A DNA stretch of 64,000 nucleotides from Paraspadella gotoi (lineage: Eukaryota > Animalia > Chaetognatha), in contig CM119266.1 in assembly GCA_051294375.1 (NCBI GenBank), positions 5,907,431 to 5,971,430 on the forward strand. The letters run 5' to 3'. Of the stretch, positions 24,806 to 39,028 are shown piece by piece. Below the pieces are notes generated by a model. That model worked only from the letters and a program-made list of their open reading frames with translations. It made no database searches and was not told the DNA's origin. The translations under genes and the position numbers were made by a program. Numbering within the stretch: position 1 is the first letter of the stretch; every line of letters begins with the position of its first letter.

Positions 24806-27800
24806 CAAACAAAAAAAAAAAAAAAAAAAAGAAAAAGGGAAAGAAAAGAAAAAGGAGATAAAATAGATAAAAGACTCAGCAATGATAAAGAGGGGATATG
24901 GAAGAGTCAGAAAAGAAAAAGAAAAAAGAGAAAATATAAAGAAGAGACGGTGCGAGAAAAAAGAAAAGAAAAGAAAAAAAAGGAAAAAGGACAGAGGGAA
25001 GAAAAAAAAAAAAAAAAAGAAAAAAAAAACAAAAGAATGGAAAAAGAGAGAAAACGAGAGGAAAAGGAGGGAAAGAGATCGAGGAAAAAAGGGAAAAGAA
25101 GGAGAAAAAGGAAGAAGGGAAGAGCGAAAAAGGCTCGGAAAAGAATAAATGGTATGAGCATTAATACGGTCCAAAAAATGAGTACGTGGTCTCAGAAAAG
25201 GAAGTTTACGGATATGGGGGATATAGAGAGGAAAAAAAAAAGGAAAAGGAAAATGACAGAATAAATAAAAAAATAACATAAAAACAATGAAGAAAGAAAG
25301 GAAGAAGATGTGAAAAGAAGAAAAAGAAAGACAAACAAAAATAAATAACTAAAAATAAAAAAGATTAATAAATAAAAATAAAATTTAGGTAAGAGTAACG
25401 CATTACAGTATAAAGATGACCAAGAATAAAGAGTAACAGATTACACCAAGAACCAGAACTATTCAAATAGTGCAAGATAATAAATTTACAATAAAATATT
25501 TTAATATTTTTTGAAAATAGATTTGGCATACTGATAATTGATGTTTTTATACCCGTATAGTCATTATGACCCTACAAACTATGGTCACATGATTAAAACG
25601 TAATGCGCCATATTTTGATGTATAAGAATAGAATAACCAAAAGTGACTTAACATAGAAGAAATAAACCATAAGATGCTTTATGCCAGTATAGTATTTTAT
25701 GACCTATTTGAAATGGTAACAACCAATATAAAAATTAATCCATTCATTTAATAAAATAAGCTATCTTGTCCCTGAACTTTAGGACAGCTTTTGGTCGGTT
25801 TTAGGCCTCCATTCATATCTTACAAAGACCAATAAAACAGTAGCAGTTAATAATATAGTTACATGCATCATTAAGGCACGAAATGCATCCAAGAAAAAAA
25901 GTGACAGGTTCTATGTTTTTTAAAACGTTTTTTTATTCAGTAGTTCGACTGTCGCGTTGCATGCAACTTATCTGAAAATCCACATGAATTGCGCCAACGA
26001 TTATTATCAGTTTTTCAATTTTTTAAAAAATTTCTCCTCGCTGTCGATTCAGATTTTTTTCGTTCATTTCGTGACGTCAACTTCGCATCTTAACGGACTC
26101 GGCAGTTTCTTATTTTTAAGTTTATCTGTAAGTAATAAGTGTATAAACGATATCCACTAAAATTCATAGTAGGCAATATTTACTTAGTTGAATAATTGAT
26201 CATTTTATGTGGTTGTACGTTAAAAAAAAAGTATCATTTGGCTCAAGGAATGTAATTTGGCAAACGTTAGGAAATTCTACCTCCTTAGAATAACGTGGTT
26301 CGCTTCTGTTAAGAACGTATCTTCCAACCCGTCGAATATGAGTGCATAATAGAAAGAAGATGAAAGAAAAGAAATAAAAAAGAGAAAAGTAAGAAGGAAG
26401 AGAGCAAAAGCGTGACAGAGAGGAGGAGAGAAAAGGAGAAAGAAGAAGTAAGAAAGACAGAAAAGGACAAGTAAAGAAAAGAGAAAGGATAAAGAAAAAG
26501 AAAAGAGGAGGAAGAGGAAGAGAGACAAGGAAAGGAGAGAGGAGAGAGCAAGTAAGAGAAATAGTGAAGAAACCAGAAAAAATGGCGAGCGGTTGTCATT
26601 TTTTCTTTATTTCTCAGTTCTGACCAAAACAGAAAGATGCCCATATTTCCATATTTCATATGACACACAAAGCTATCAACACAAAGAATAAAGAAAAGAA
26701 AGGAGAATAATAGAAAGCACAGTCACCAAGAAGCAAAGATGAGGAATCCAGGAATTGGAGATTCTTAGTTTCTTTGTGGCGATCTAGGTGATAGAACTCG
26801 TGAAAGGGTGACTCCAATTTCGCTTGAATCGAGAATTACATCTATGATTTCATTTAAGACACTCAGTCATTGTCGCCCTCAATCCCAAATATAATCTAGC
26901 TTGGGCAGACTCAGATGTAGGTTGGGGAGAGAAAGTCTCAAGGTTTAAAATTAATTCGGGATTTTTCGTTTATTCAATATGATTGAGAGCATGAGAGAGT
27001 GATTGAGATAGAGAGAAGAGAACGTAAGAAGATATGAACGAAGTGAATTAAAATTCAGGATTGGATCCTAGCCAAAAATTAGTTTAAGATATTGTCTGGC
27101 CGGTCCACTGGAGTTTAGTTCACGATTACTAAAAAAAGTATTATCAACCGTTTTCTGAAACAGAGTTCTTGTAGTTGATTTTGATGGAGAGAGAGAGGAC
27201 CGTCTAGAGAGAAATTAGACGATGGATTGTTGTTTTAAAACGGAAGCAAGAACAAGTTTTACTGTTTTTTTTTTTTTTTTTAGTGGGCGTGCAGACCAAC
27301 ACATAACTTTTTTGAAAAAAAGAAGAGAAAAGTTGCAGTCAGTGATTGAAGTTTTGTTTTTTGCTTTTTTAAATACGACCGTTGATTGACATATATTGAT
27401 GAAAATAACAATACCGATAGACCGCCGAGTCCCCGCGAATAATTTTATCTGATTATGAATTTGAAAACTATAATTTTAATCAAGGAAAAATGATTTCAAA
27501 TAATACTTAGAAAAAAAACGCAAATTTACTTCACGGCGAGCGGGCCCCCAGCCAAATATGGAAGAGAGACGAGAGAGAGAGAGAGTTAACACGGGCAGGA
27601 ATCGATCGAGATTGAGACGCCCGAATTTTGGATCTTATTTACTTTAATCCTTCTCTGCTCTCTCCTTTTCCTTTTATCTCTCTCTCATCAATCTCTTCGT
27701 TCCGACTCTCTCTCTCTTCTCTCTTTCTTCTCTATCTCTTGTCTCTCTTGCTCTCTTCTCCTCTTCTTTACTAGTACTGTCTCTCGTCTCTTGTTCTTCT

Positions 27801-28402
27801 CTCTCTCTCTCTGGATGACGCCACTCATTCATCATCTTTTTTGATGACGGTTGTTTTAAATTTCGTTCTCTCTCCTCTCTCTCTTATTACTTTCTTTCCT
27901 CTCTCCGGCAGTCTCCTCTCTTCTCTCTCTCTTCTCTCTCTCTCTCTCTCTCTCTTCTCTCACTATTTTCCTTCCTCGTCTCTCTCCTCTCTCTCCTCCA
28001 TTTCTCCCAGCTTCTCTTTCTTAGTTTTTATTGTTTGTATTCTTTTCCAATCTCTTGTAAGTCTTTGTCAGGACTTTTTTGCTTGTGCGTTTTGTGTTTG
28101 CTGCTTACCAGTGATTGTCAGTGAGGAAGAAGGAACGAATTGTGGAATTGGTGACAATGTATTTATAGGTATTTTTAATTTTTTATTAATTTCTTATCGT
28201 AATTTCAAAACCTTTATAATATAAAAAGTCTTAGCTTAGAACCCAAAACACAGAAAATCAAATTTTATTTTTTTAGTGTAGCAATTATTATCCAATTATT
28301 TAATGATCCACTTTTCTTTGTGAATAAATTTTACAATCATTTTATTCAATGTATTATACTTCACTAAATCTTTTGTTTTGGCGGATTGGTAAAGTTGTTA
28401 AA

Positions 28403-28436
<34 letters not shown>

Positions 28437-29153
28437 TATTATTATTATTATTATATTATTTATTATATTATATTATTATTATTATATATATTATCATCTT
28501 CTCGCGTCAACGCAAACTTTATCCCTCCTCTTCCTCCTCCTTCACGTGACGCGTCGTCCCCTTCTCCCGTGAATCGTGAAAAAGTGAAGAATTATTGGAT
28601 GAAGTTGATGATGAGTGACGTCAATATGAACGAACCCCGAGTCTCCTCAATTGTTTCTTTGTGTGACGCGACGTCGTCAGTGTCACAGAATCGACGGTGG
28701 GTGAAAGCAAGAAGGTTATGACGAGGCGTCCATGCGTCCGTATATTTCATTTTAATCGGCGGTCGGGTCTTGAATAAATGTTTTTAATCTTAGGCGCATA
28801 AATCTTTGTGAAATGCGTAACTTAAATTAGTGTAGCAGAGTAAACTGTTTATTTTCAATTGAAAGATTTGGAGTTCTTCAATCTACTTTTACAATTTAAG
28901 TTTAGATTAGTTACTCAATCTTTTAATACAATATTTTTAGAAGTCTTTTTTTGCTATTTTTTAATAGGGTTTAATAACAATTTTTGCAATAATAATTAGC
29001 GTTTTCCAATTAAAATAGAATATTTCATTGCGTTAATATCCTTTCGGACTCGTGAGTATAGAGATTTATCAAAGATTGGAAAAAATATTTACGTCAACGA
29101 TTTGTTTATTAATTATACGGACATGTTTCTGACATTCCTCATTCGAGTCATTG

Positions 29154-29186
29154 CTGATGAAGACTCGAATAAAGAGTCAAAATGTC
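29154..29186 (+). ncRNA. Third, error-rich copy of the hammerhead core
   Basis: CTGATGAAGACTCGAATAAAGAGTCAAAATGTC in the noisy right arm; the GAAAC box is damaged. Confidence 0.35.
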
Positions 29187-32100
29187 CGTATAATAAATAA
29201 ACAAAAATCAGTTGACAAAAACATTTTCCAAACTTTGTTAGATATTCATGCAGATTCCGGTAAGCTTTTACAAAATAAAAGTATTTTAATGCTCTTTTAT
29301 GATCGCTTATAACTTATGACTGTTAAGCATATGTATTTCGGTGAGATTAGCAAGCTCTGTGGCCACGCGCAGACAGACAGCGTGAATCTCTTAGTTCTTT
29401 TCCTTCTTATTGAAAAACAATTCGTCATTTCTTCTTTTAATTCTTTCTTTTAATATCAAATGAAATTCATTCCACCAGATCCAAAATCATTTCTTGATTT
29501 TTTTCCCTTTCACTCGATTCCACCAACTTCATCTCGCACATCTATCCTCTCATTGGCTAATTTACTTTCCCAACCCGACGCTAGACGCGTTCTTCTCCGC
29601 CGCAGACCTTCTGATTGGCTAGAATGTTGTTTTCTTTCTTTAAACATAAAATTGTTTCCACTAATTGGCCGAGCTTCCTTCCTACTACATCCTATCTTTT
29701 TTTTTTCCTCTTTAATTAAATTAATTTCTAGATCCTTTATCCAGTGAAAGTCTTATCTTCCTTAAACTCTATGCCTCTCCCGTCTCGCGATTTCCATTTT
29801 CGCTCTTTCAATTGGCCGAATCGCCGTCCTCGGCTTCTGATTGGCGAAAGAAGTCGACACGCGTTTTAAAAAAGGTTTCGATTCATGACGGTCCGTGTCG
29901 CTTTGGTCGTCGCTTTGGTCGTCGGCCGAGGACGTCGTCAGCAGAAGCGTCTTTTTTCTATTATCACATTGAAACTGAAGTTGCGCGTCAATTCTTACAT
30001 ATGATTTAATTGTGTTTCGATTATTCCAAGGTTATTAGAGACGCAAAAAGACAAATTATGTTTTATTTAAAATAGCAAAATTTTTATTATTTTTTTTTCT
30101 TTGCGCTCTTTATTACGTAAAATCCTGAAAGCCGGTCTTCACTAGCTGTTTTTGCGAACAGGCATTGCCTCAGAATAACATGAACCTTCCGAAGTTTCCT
30201 CCAGAATTGGAAATGAGAGGAAGCGAATTTGCTCTGATCGAATTTGTGAGTACGGACAAATACGAAGGACAACCACGATGTTTTCCTGGTGTTGTGATGT
30301 CGCTCAAATATTGGAACGATAATTTAGATCGAAGAGAGTTGGGAATACTGGAGTACGAGGATCGTTTTCAGTTTATCATAGGCATGGTAAGTTACTTGAT
30401 GATATAGATCGACGTTAGAAAATTCAGTAAACTCTAGCTCCGCGAGGGTCACATTGAGCGAGTAACTCAATTGCGCGTGAGAACCAAAATGGTCTTGCCT
30501 TCTATCTAGTGCGATTCTCTCCACACTACAAAAACCAAATTTCAAAAGTGGTAATTGAAAAGTTTAAAGATGCAATACTGACAATGATTTCTAGTTAATA
30601 ATGAGTCTCATAATAGAAATCTAGCAACATTTGAGACTATATTATAAGTCGCTTCCTTCCTTAAAATAGGACTCTGTAAACATTTAATCAATTCGGTTAA
30701 ATACTACCACATTTTATTCCGCTTAAGGTCTTTATCAGCTAAATTGATCGTTTTGGCATTTCCCGCATAATCGTGTCGTGACTCTAGGCAAAATGACCAT
30801 TGGTTCTCCGCTCTACGGTGCGCACGCAATCGTGGAGACGCGCGTCGTTATATTCAGCAGATTCGCATGTCGCCAGACTGTACCCTGTATACGTGCGTAC
30901 TCGAGTTATCGCCCGATATCTCATGACTCATGCGTGCGAGAGAGATTGTCGCCGGACAATGCGCGCTGAAACCAAACCTTTTTTTTAGAAGGCTCATGAA
31001 GAGAAATAGATATTTGCTTCATACTAGCTGCTGTCTGAGCCTGACGAAAATTTAAATTCATTCTTGCCGTGTTTTCCGGACATTTTAAAACATTTAAGTT
31101 TGAAATGTATGTGCGGTTCTTGTTTCTCTCCAGGTTTTGCATCCGACGCTGTGAGATAGATTACGACTGCCATTTAGCGGAGGAATAAAATAATAAAAAG
31201 GTTTAACGCCGAGCGAACTCTCTGATGCTTGGGTCAGAAGAAACATTGTGCAGCCGAAAGAATGTCTAGAAATACGAAAAGAAGGACTGTTTCCGGATAG
31301 TACTTTTGATCTGGCCTCCTCCGGAAAAAAACGAAAAAACTAATGGCTGGAACTCGGAGTTAATAAGAGGGAAGTGCAGAGTCAAGCATAGGGATGAGAG
31401 ACAGAGATAGATGATAGCGCAGGACTCCAATCAAGAGAGAAGAGAGAACTGGAGCTTGACGACGATGATCGATGTCAGAAGAATTTTCAAACAGAGATTT
31501 ACGCAAAAGGAGATATTACTCGTTCCGAAACGTTTACGGTAATCGCGTCACCGAACGAATTCACGGCGAGAAAGAAATAGGAGTTAGAGAGGGGAGAGAG
31601 AGGGGGGGGAGAAAAAGAGAAGAGAGGAGAGAAGAAGTGAAAGAAAAGGAAAAGAGAGAGGAGAGAGAGAGATCGCGTGAAAAAATGAAACAACTGTGGG
31701 AGATCGCTGTTAGAAAAAAGAAAAATTCGCGTGTACTCCATTAACTTCGACATCACGAATGAAGACGCTTCACTGAATGTGGAATCCCAGATTTTTTCGG
31801 GCATATTAAAAAACGCGTGTCATCTTTTTTCTTTTACTTTCTTTCTTTCTTTCTCTTTGCATGTGATCATTTCTTTGGGAGCGTATGCAGCGTATTGCTC
31901 TATTCTTCCCTACCTATTTCCTTCTCTCTCTCTCCTTCTCTACTCGTTCTCTCGCTCTTCTTTTTATTCAAGCTCATACTTATCATACCGTGCGTCATGC
32001 TCTCTTCTGTATAGATCTCTGCGTCTCTGTTACTCTCTCTGCTCTCGATACGATCTGTGCTGTCCGTGCTTTCCTTATCTCTCTCTCGTTCTCTCTCTCT

Positions 32101-35100
32101 TTCTCTCTCGTACTCGATTCTCTCTAGCATCTTCTGCATGCACTCTCTCGAACGTACTAGCTCTCTCAATGCATCGTACGTCTACGTCGAATACGAGACT
32201 CTCATCTCTAGACGATCGTGCATCCAGCGCTGTCAAGAGTCGAACGTCATAGAGTGCGTGAAGCCGGTCTCTAGATGGCATTGCGAGCGAGTAAAAGAAG
32301 AAGTTCAGATAGCGAAAGAGACGAAAAAGAAAAGAAGCGTGATTGTATATATACTGACAAATGACGAGAGATTATAGATTGTATGGTATGCGAGGAGTAT
32401 ATCCGTCAGAAAGCAGGATTCCATACTGATGCACGAACCTTTCTGAAAGCATAACACAGAAGAGAAGAAATACGGTGATTTTAACCCTCAAAAAAAACTA
32501 GATGAAGGACGCCGATTTTCAGATGATTGAGTACCCGAGATTGATTGAGAGACGTAGAGAGACTGTAAGACTACATCTAAACGGAGCTCGAAATCCATCG
32601 AGCAGAATGACGAGATGCGAAGATGACGAATCCGAAGTAAAGCAAGCATTATCGACAGATGATGAGAGAGGATCGTAGAAATAAGAAAGAAAGAGATAGC
32701 CTAATTTTTAAGTAACACAGATATAAAGGAACAAAATCAGAGATAACGGAGATAGGTGTGGTTAGAGAGAAGATTTTAGATTGAATTCGGAGCGGAGAGG
32801 AGTCGCCACCACATCTCAGCGCCCTTTTATTCCTGCCATTCCCGCGAATAGTTTATTCGCGGGTATGTCTCGAAGTGACTCGCAACATCTTCTCCTCATC
32901 ACGTGTTCCCCATCTCTACTATCTCCTACTCCAATTCCGCCTCTCCTACACATGCGTCTCATGCTTCTCTCTACATACATCTCTCTCTTCTTCATACTCT
33001 CCTCTCTCTCTGCTCTTTACGTACTGTGCTCTCATCTCTTTCTTCTCCTGCCTCTCTCCTTCAAATCCCATTATCTCTCATGATTAGTTGTGTAGACAAT
33101 ATAATAATGATTCTCTGCGTACTTATATAACTATACAAGTACTCGTAAATATGTTCGTGCATGGTGCTAGCTCGAAATCTCCAGACACTAATTCAGAAAT
33201 CTAATCTCTGAACTATTCACACTATCAACTGTCTTCTCTTCCCATCGTCCTAGCGCTCCGAGTGCATTAGGATAGCATAAACCTCTATCTCTTAACATGT
33301 GCATATATTATCTGTTTATATAATACGTTCTTCTCCCCCTCCGACCTTCTCAACACATATCCCGAAGTATTCGAGTAGAGTATCGGAAATGATCTAATAT
33401 TATATCTATGCAATGGCTTACTCTTATGTCAACAAGGTATTTATATATTCAGGACACACGCGTGGGTCAGAACCATAAATGACCTTCCGGAGAAATCTCA
33501 CAATCACCACTATACGGAACTCGTCATCTATAATCACTATTCTTAAGAATAATCGCTATATGTCAGCTCTCACCAGTGTTCTCGAAAAAAACTGCTAATC
33601 GAGGCCTCAGAAGATCAATAAAATAACAAAAAAATAAAATAAATTTAAATGAAAAAATAAATAAATAAAAACTTGCCTACAAAATGTACATCAGATGAGG
33701 AGATCAAATGTTATGGTATTAAATCTTTTGTTTTATTTCTCCTGTTCTGTTTTTTTTTTTAATTTTTGTTAGTGTGCTACATCCCTTGCTTTATCTTTAA
33801 CTTGTTTTTCTTATTCTTGATTTATTCAAATCCTTCAGTTTTTAAGGTAAAAATTTCGAGAAAACTTTTTCTCGTCGGAAAGTTTAAAAGTTCGGCCTTG
33901 GATCTCATTTGGAGAGCGAAGACTTGTATTCAATTTGTACTTAGTTCGCGAAGTTTCATGATTAGTTTTTTTAAAATCGTTAAATTAATTCCTTTAATTC
34001 TTAACTCAATCTCAAAGTGCTTAATAATTTTAAATTCGGCGAATACTTTATTCTATATTGTTCTATGAGTTAATTACCGCACTTTTATCAGTCATCCTGC
34101 GTTCTACCTGCATATTTCATCATTTTTATCATCTTTATTTTTTTTTAAATATCGGACGTCGGATTTCTTCATCTTCACTTTTCATCTTTATCTCCTTCTA
34201 CAATCACTTTCTCCATCATCTTTCTGCGTCATACTCCTCCCCCCTTTCTTCATCTGCTTCTCACCTCTTCCATCTCTTTCTCCATATCTTTTTCCAGCTC
34301 CTATTCCATCAATATCACACTCCATTCTCCTTCTCCTCTTCCATTATCTCCATCATTTTCTTCTCCATCATCTCCTCCTCCTCATCTCCTTCTTCCTCTT
34401 CCATTTATCTCCATCATTCTTCTCCATCATCTCCTCCTCCTCCTAGTCTCCTTCTCCTCTTCCATTATCTGCCAATCATTTCTTCTCCCATCATTCTCCT
34501 CCTCCTCCCTATCATTCTCCTTCTCCCCCATTCATCTCCTTTCTCAATCATCTCCTTTTCTCCTTCATCTATTTCTCATCATCTCCTTCTCCATCATCTC
34601 TTTTCTCCTTCATATTCATCTCTCCATCATCTCCTTCCACTCATCTCTTTCGTCCATCATCTCCTTTTCGCCTCGAGATTCCACATCGCGAATCGACCAA
34701 CTGACGTATACATCAACGTAAGAAAATTTCTTTTTCACTGGATTTTCTTCGACGCCACAGATGCCCCTTGCACTGGCCCCAGACCACCCTACGCCCACAG
34801 ATGCCCTTCTTCCCTTAGCATCGACCACAGAACCACAGCAACCCTACCCACGTCACCTTCAGATGCCGCTCTCGCCATTGGAGCCAACTGATAATCTACA
34901 CACATTGACGTCCATCTCATTTCTATTTGCACAGATCACCCTGACCCCCAATACAACTGCTGGCACTTGCCACATTACCACACCTGCGACTACCATTAAC
35001 CACCTTTAGCAACAGTCCCCGTGTGACCTCCAAAATTGTGCTCCGCCCCCTTACCCCCAAAGAACCTTACCTACCATTGCGTACAAGTCGGTATTCACAT

Positions 35101-35759
35101 TTCAATGCACTAACTACCACATCCACCCCGAAATCATAAACTACACCTCGCCACCTTACGGGATCGAAGTTAATTTTAAAAATTCATTTTTTGTTTTAAT
35201 TAAATTTTAAAATAATTATTTTTTTTACAATTATTTCCAATCTCTTTACCTACAGGCGTGAAAAATTAATTTTTAAAAAAAGGTAAAATACGTCAAAAAA
35301 ATTAATTACAGAAAAAAGCTAAAAAAAAAAAACTTCTTTGACTCGAGTAGACCGCGTTTCTCTCCTCCAGCACACGCCTCCCCCCTCTACCTCGCGCCGA
35401 CCTCGCTCTCAGCTCGAGGAAACTTTACCTGAGCCACGCCCACTTTTTACTTACCCTCTATCGCCTTTCCCTTCTCTCTCTCGCCTCTCGCAGTCCCCGA
35501 CACACGTACATTAAGACTCGGAAAGAGGCGCTCATAAAAACGTGATTGTTCTCCTGCGGCGGAGAGAGAGAGTACAATTAACTGATAATAGACAGAGAGA
35601 AGTGAGAGAAGAGAGGAGTGAAGAGAGTCAGAGAGACATTGGAGTAACTTTTTCTCCACTCGATCTCCTTGCTATTTATCCTAATCCCCCCGGGAGAGAG
35701 AGAAAAGAGAGTGACAGAGAGATAGGAAATAGAAGGATGACAGAGAGCAAGAGACAAAA

Positions 35760-36207
35760 TGGTTCGCAAGACATTCCATGCCGCAGCGCGTCCACGTCTG
35801 ACGTGCGGACGCCGGGCCTCCGCTGCTCGTCGCGCCCCGTTCGCAGCAGCAACTAACGCTGCAGCAACATCCTCCGCCCGCAAACTGACGCTGCACGACG
35901 AACCTTTCTGTGGTCGACGTTAGTCAAAGTGACGACCTATCCTTCGGGCGTCGGTGATCGTCCCGCCGCCGCCGCGCCGCCGCAGCTTGCAGCCGCCGCC
36001 CGACGACGACGCTGGAGAGACTCGGCGACGGCAGCGGACACTCTCTGTCGCGTCGAATTACATCCGGGCTTCGAAGCGAAGATTAAAGCGAGTATCGCTT
36101 ACATCGCGAGAAAATCTAGATCGATTGGACACTCCGGGGAAGAGTACGTCGACGGGAGAGAGAATCGATGAGCGCGACCAGAGAGGAACGGAAGATAGTG
36201 GAGCCAG
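35760..36207 (+). CDS. Probable coding exon of an unidentified gene (disordered P/R/S-rich peptide), with apparent frameshift errors
   Basis: GC-rich island in an AT-rich background; open frame IVPPPPRRRSLQPPPDDDAGETRRRQRTLSVASNYIRASKRRLKRVSLTSRENLDRLD... ends at a canonical donor CCAG|GTGAGG. Confidence 0.35.
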
Positions 36208-38098
36208 GTGAGGGGGTAGGAAAGGGGAGGGGGGAGTGAATCGGGGAGTAAGAAAGATGGGGTTTGGAGTATACCGTCGATTTAAAGACTCCCCTTGGAT
36301 TCACAGAAGGTGATCCTAAGAATATAAAAATAAGTGAGTAGATGTTTTTAGGGAAAGTTTGTTAACTTACATAAGGACGCAAAAGATAAAACATTTATAA
36401 ATAATTTATATTTTATTTAATAGCGAGCTCAAGGTTTGCGCAAGAACAAAGCAAAAGAATATCCATCGAATAACAAAGTCGCGTTGTTTTTATGTCATAA
36501 AAATTTCTTTAATAAATAATAAATAAATAAATTAAAAAAGATACATTTAGTTATATAATTACATTATTTTTTTGTAATTTTTTTTTCTGGTGTCTTGCCC
36601 CAATGGGAAGCCTTTTTGGGGCGACGCGAATATTTACGGGTGGAAATTGGTGGTGTGCCGTCTGTTGAACTGGAACCAACCAAAACATCCAGAGGTGGAC
36701 CTGTCGGCGATTAAAAAAACCGTGGTTACAGATCGGACTGGGGGTTTGCAAATGGCAGGCAAAGATAAATGACCATCTGCAATTTGATTTGTAAAGTATG
36801 AAAAATCGTTGATTCGCGAGGTTTTTTTTTTTTTTTTTTTTGCAGAAAATGGATTTATATTAATAATTAATAATCAATGGATTAATAATAATAATTAATT
36901 AATTAATAATTAATAATTAATAAATTAATAATTAATAATTAATTAAATTAAAATGGATTTAATAATTAAAGTAAAAAAAAAATAATTAATTAAATTAAAG
37001 CTGAAATCAGGGAGACACTTTGAAATGCTCTAGACTGTGAGGGAGAGGAAAAGGGAGGGAGAGGGGAGAGAGGGGAAGGAAGAGAGAAAGGAGAGAAGAG
37101 ATAATAAAATAGAAGAAAAGAAAGAAAAGAAAAGAAAAGAAAAGAAAAGAAACGAGTTCAATCATGACGTACAAGGAAAGGATTCCGGCATTCCATTTAC
37201 AATTCCATTTACAATTCCATTTACAATTCCACAATTCCATTTACAATTTGTCTTAAAAAACGTAAACTTTTTTAGCCTGTATTTACGAATCTTAGTAAAA
37301 ATTATCCATTCATTCAAATAATAAGCAATCTTGCACCTGACTTAGGACAGTGTGTGCTCAGTTAAAGCCTCCATTTCTCTTACAACACAATAACATAGCA
37401 AGGCCCTGAAAGCTTTCGGACCCTGCAAGCTTTCGGACCCTGCAAGCTTTCAATCAAGACTCTCACAGTTGAGTTTACCAATTCCGAGTAATTGGCATCC
37501 CTATCACAGAAGTGGTATATTATTTTTAAAAACTATTTCATTTTTTAATATTTATTTTTCCTATTTTCGATACACTTACCTTTCGCAACTTTTGAGAAAC
37601 AAGTCGACGTTTCCATCGACGCCCGACGTCTTCTTCTTCGTCGTCATCATCGTCGTCATCGACTTCGTCATCATCGTCGTCAGATCGAAAGACGATTGAA
37701 GTTTTTTAATTCCCCAGAAAGAATAGGGTAAAGGCGCCATGACTGTAGTTATATGTACAGCGGGAAAGGTTTGAATCGATCTTTTTTTTTTTAATTTGAG
37801 ATTTGCTTTAGTATAAAATCGTTTGTTTTGTTTTAAGAAGTTTCGTTTTTTTGTTTTTGTTTTTTTTGTTTTGTTTATTAATCAAAATCGGAATCGTTTC
37901 CTTCTCGTGATATTTGTGAACGTCACTTATTTATTGTGAACCCTGTTTCCGTGAGACGCGCGCGAAGAACTTTCTGTGATTCTTTATCTGTTGTGAAAAA
38001 AAAACGTGAAACAAAATTGATTGGCGATAAAATGTTAATTTAATTCACTAAAATATACAAACGAAATCGCATTGTGTGGTTTCGACGATTTCTCTTGT

Positions 38099-38212
<114 letters not shown>

Positions 38213-38962
38213 CGTTTCACCGAATCGTAAAGATCGTGTTTCTCGTTAAAACCGAATCTCGTAAAAGCGAAAAATCCGATGGACGAAGAGAAAAAAAAAT
38301 TGTGAATTAAAAATAGATACATATAAAAAACTAGACGGAAAACTCTAAACAAACATTATAGTTAGAATTCCCGTTTTTTCCTCCCGAATTCTGAATCACA
38401 CCCCGTACGTCCGACGTATGCGTCGACTGACGACGACGACGACGACGACACGACACCGACGACGACATCGGCGCCCAGAGGACCAGGCGCACTTACGATT
38501 CTTATCACTTATATCTATATACATTTATTCATTATTTTCCTACCTTGTATTGGCTTTTACTAAGTTAACGATTAATTTTAATCATTCATAATTAGTTTAA
38601 TTTAGCTCGCAATTGAAATTCATGTCGCGAATCGCGGGTTTCCGTCCGCCGTCGTGTCCGTCCGTTCTATTGAGCTAATTAAATAAAATCAAATTGTGCA
38701 ATCAAATGACCAATTTAAAATGAATTAAAGTGTCTCTGAATCTAATTAAAGCTGAAATTAATTTGTTCCTCAAATCTGTAATCCAGAATCTGAAATCTGG
38801 CTCAAGCGGCGACTCGTCACGATCAGTTCTCACGATATTTGGGCGGAAATTCACAAAAATTTCACCGGTGAATATATTTTTTTTTTTAAATCGAAACATT
38901 GATATGCACGCGAAAGAGGAGAAGAGAGGAGGGGGGAGAAAGATGGAGGGAGGGGTAGAGAA

Positions 38963-39028
<66 letters not shown>

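Noticed and set aside
34058-34891. 277-aa S/H/L-rich ORF
   Set aside because: Mostly degenerate (CAT/CTC) low-complexity sequence in the noisy zone; a possible mini-exon near 34678-34717 is unsupported
37190-37450. Short tandem repeats (TTCCATTTACAA)x4-5 and (GGACCCTGCAAGCTTTC)x3
   Set aside because: Ordinary local slippage repeats with no further structure
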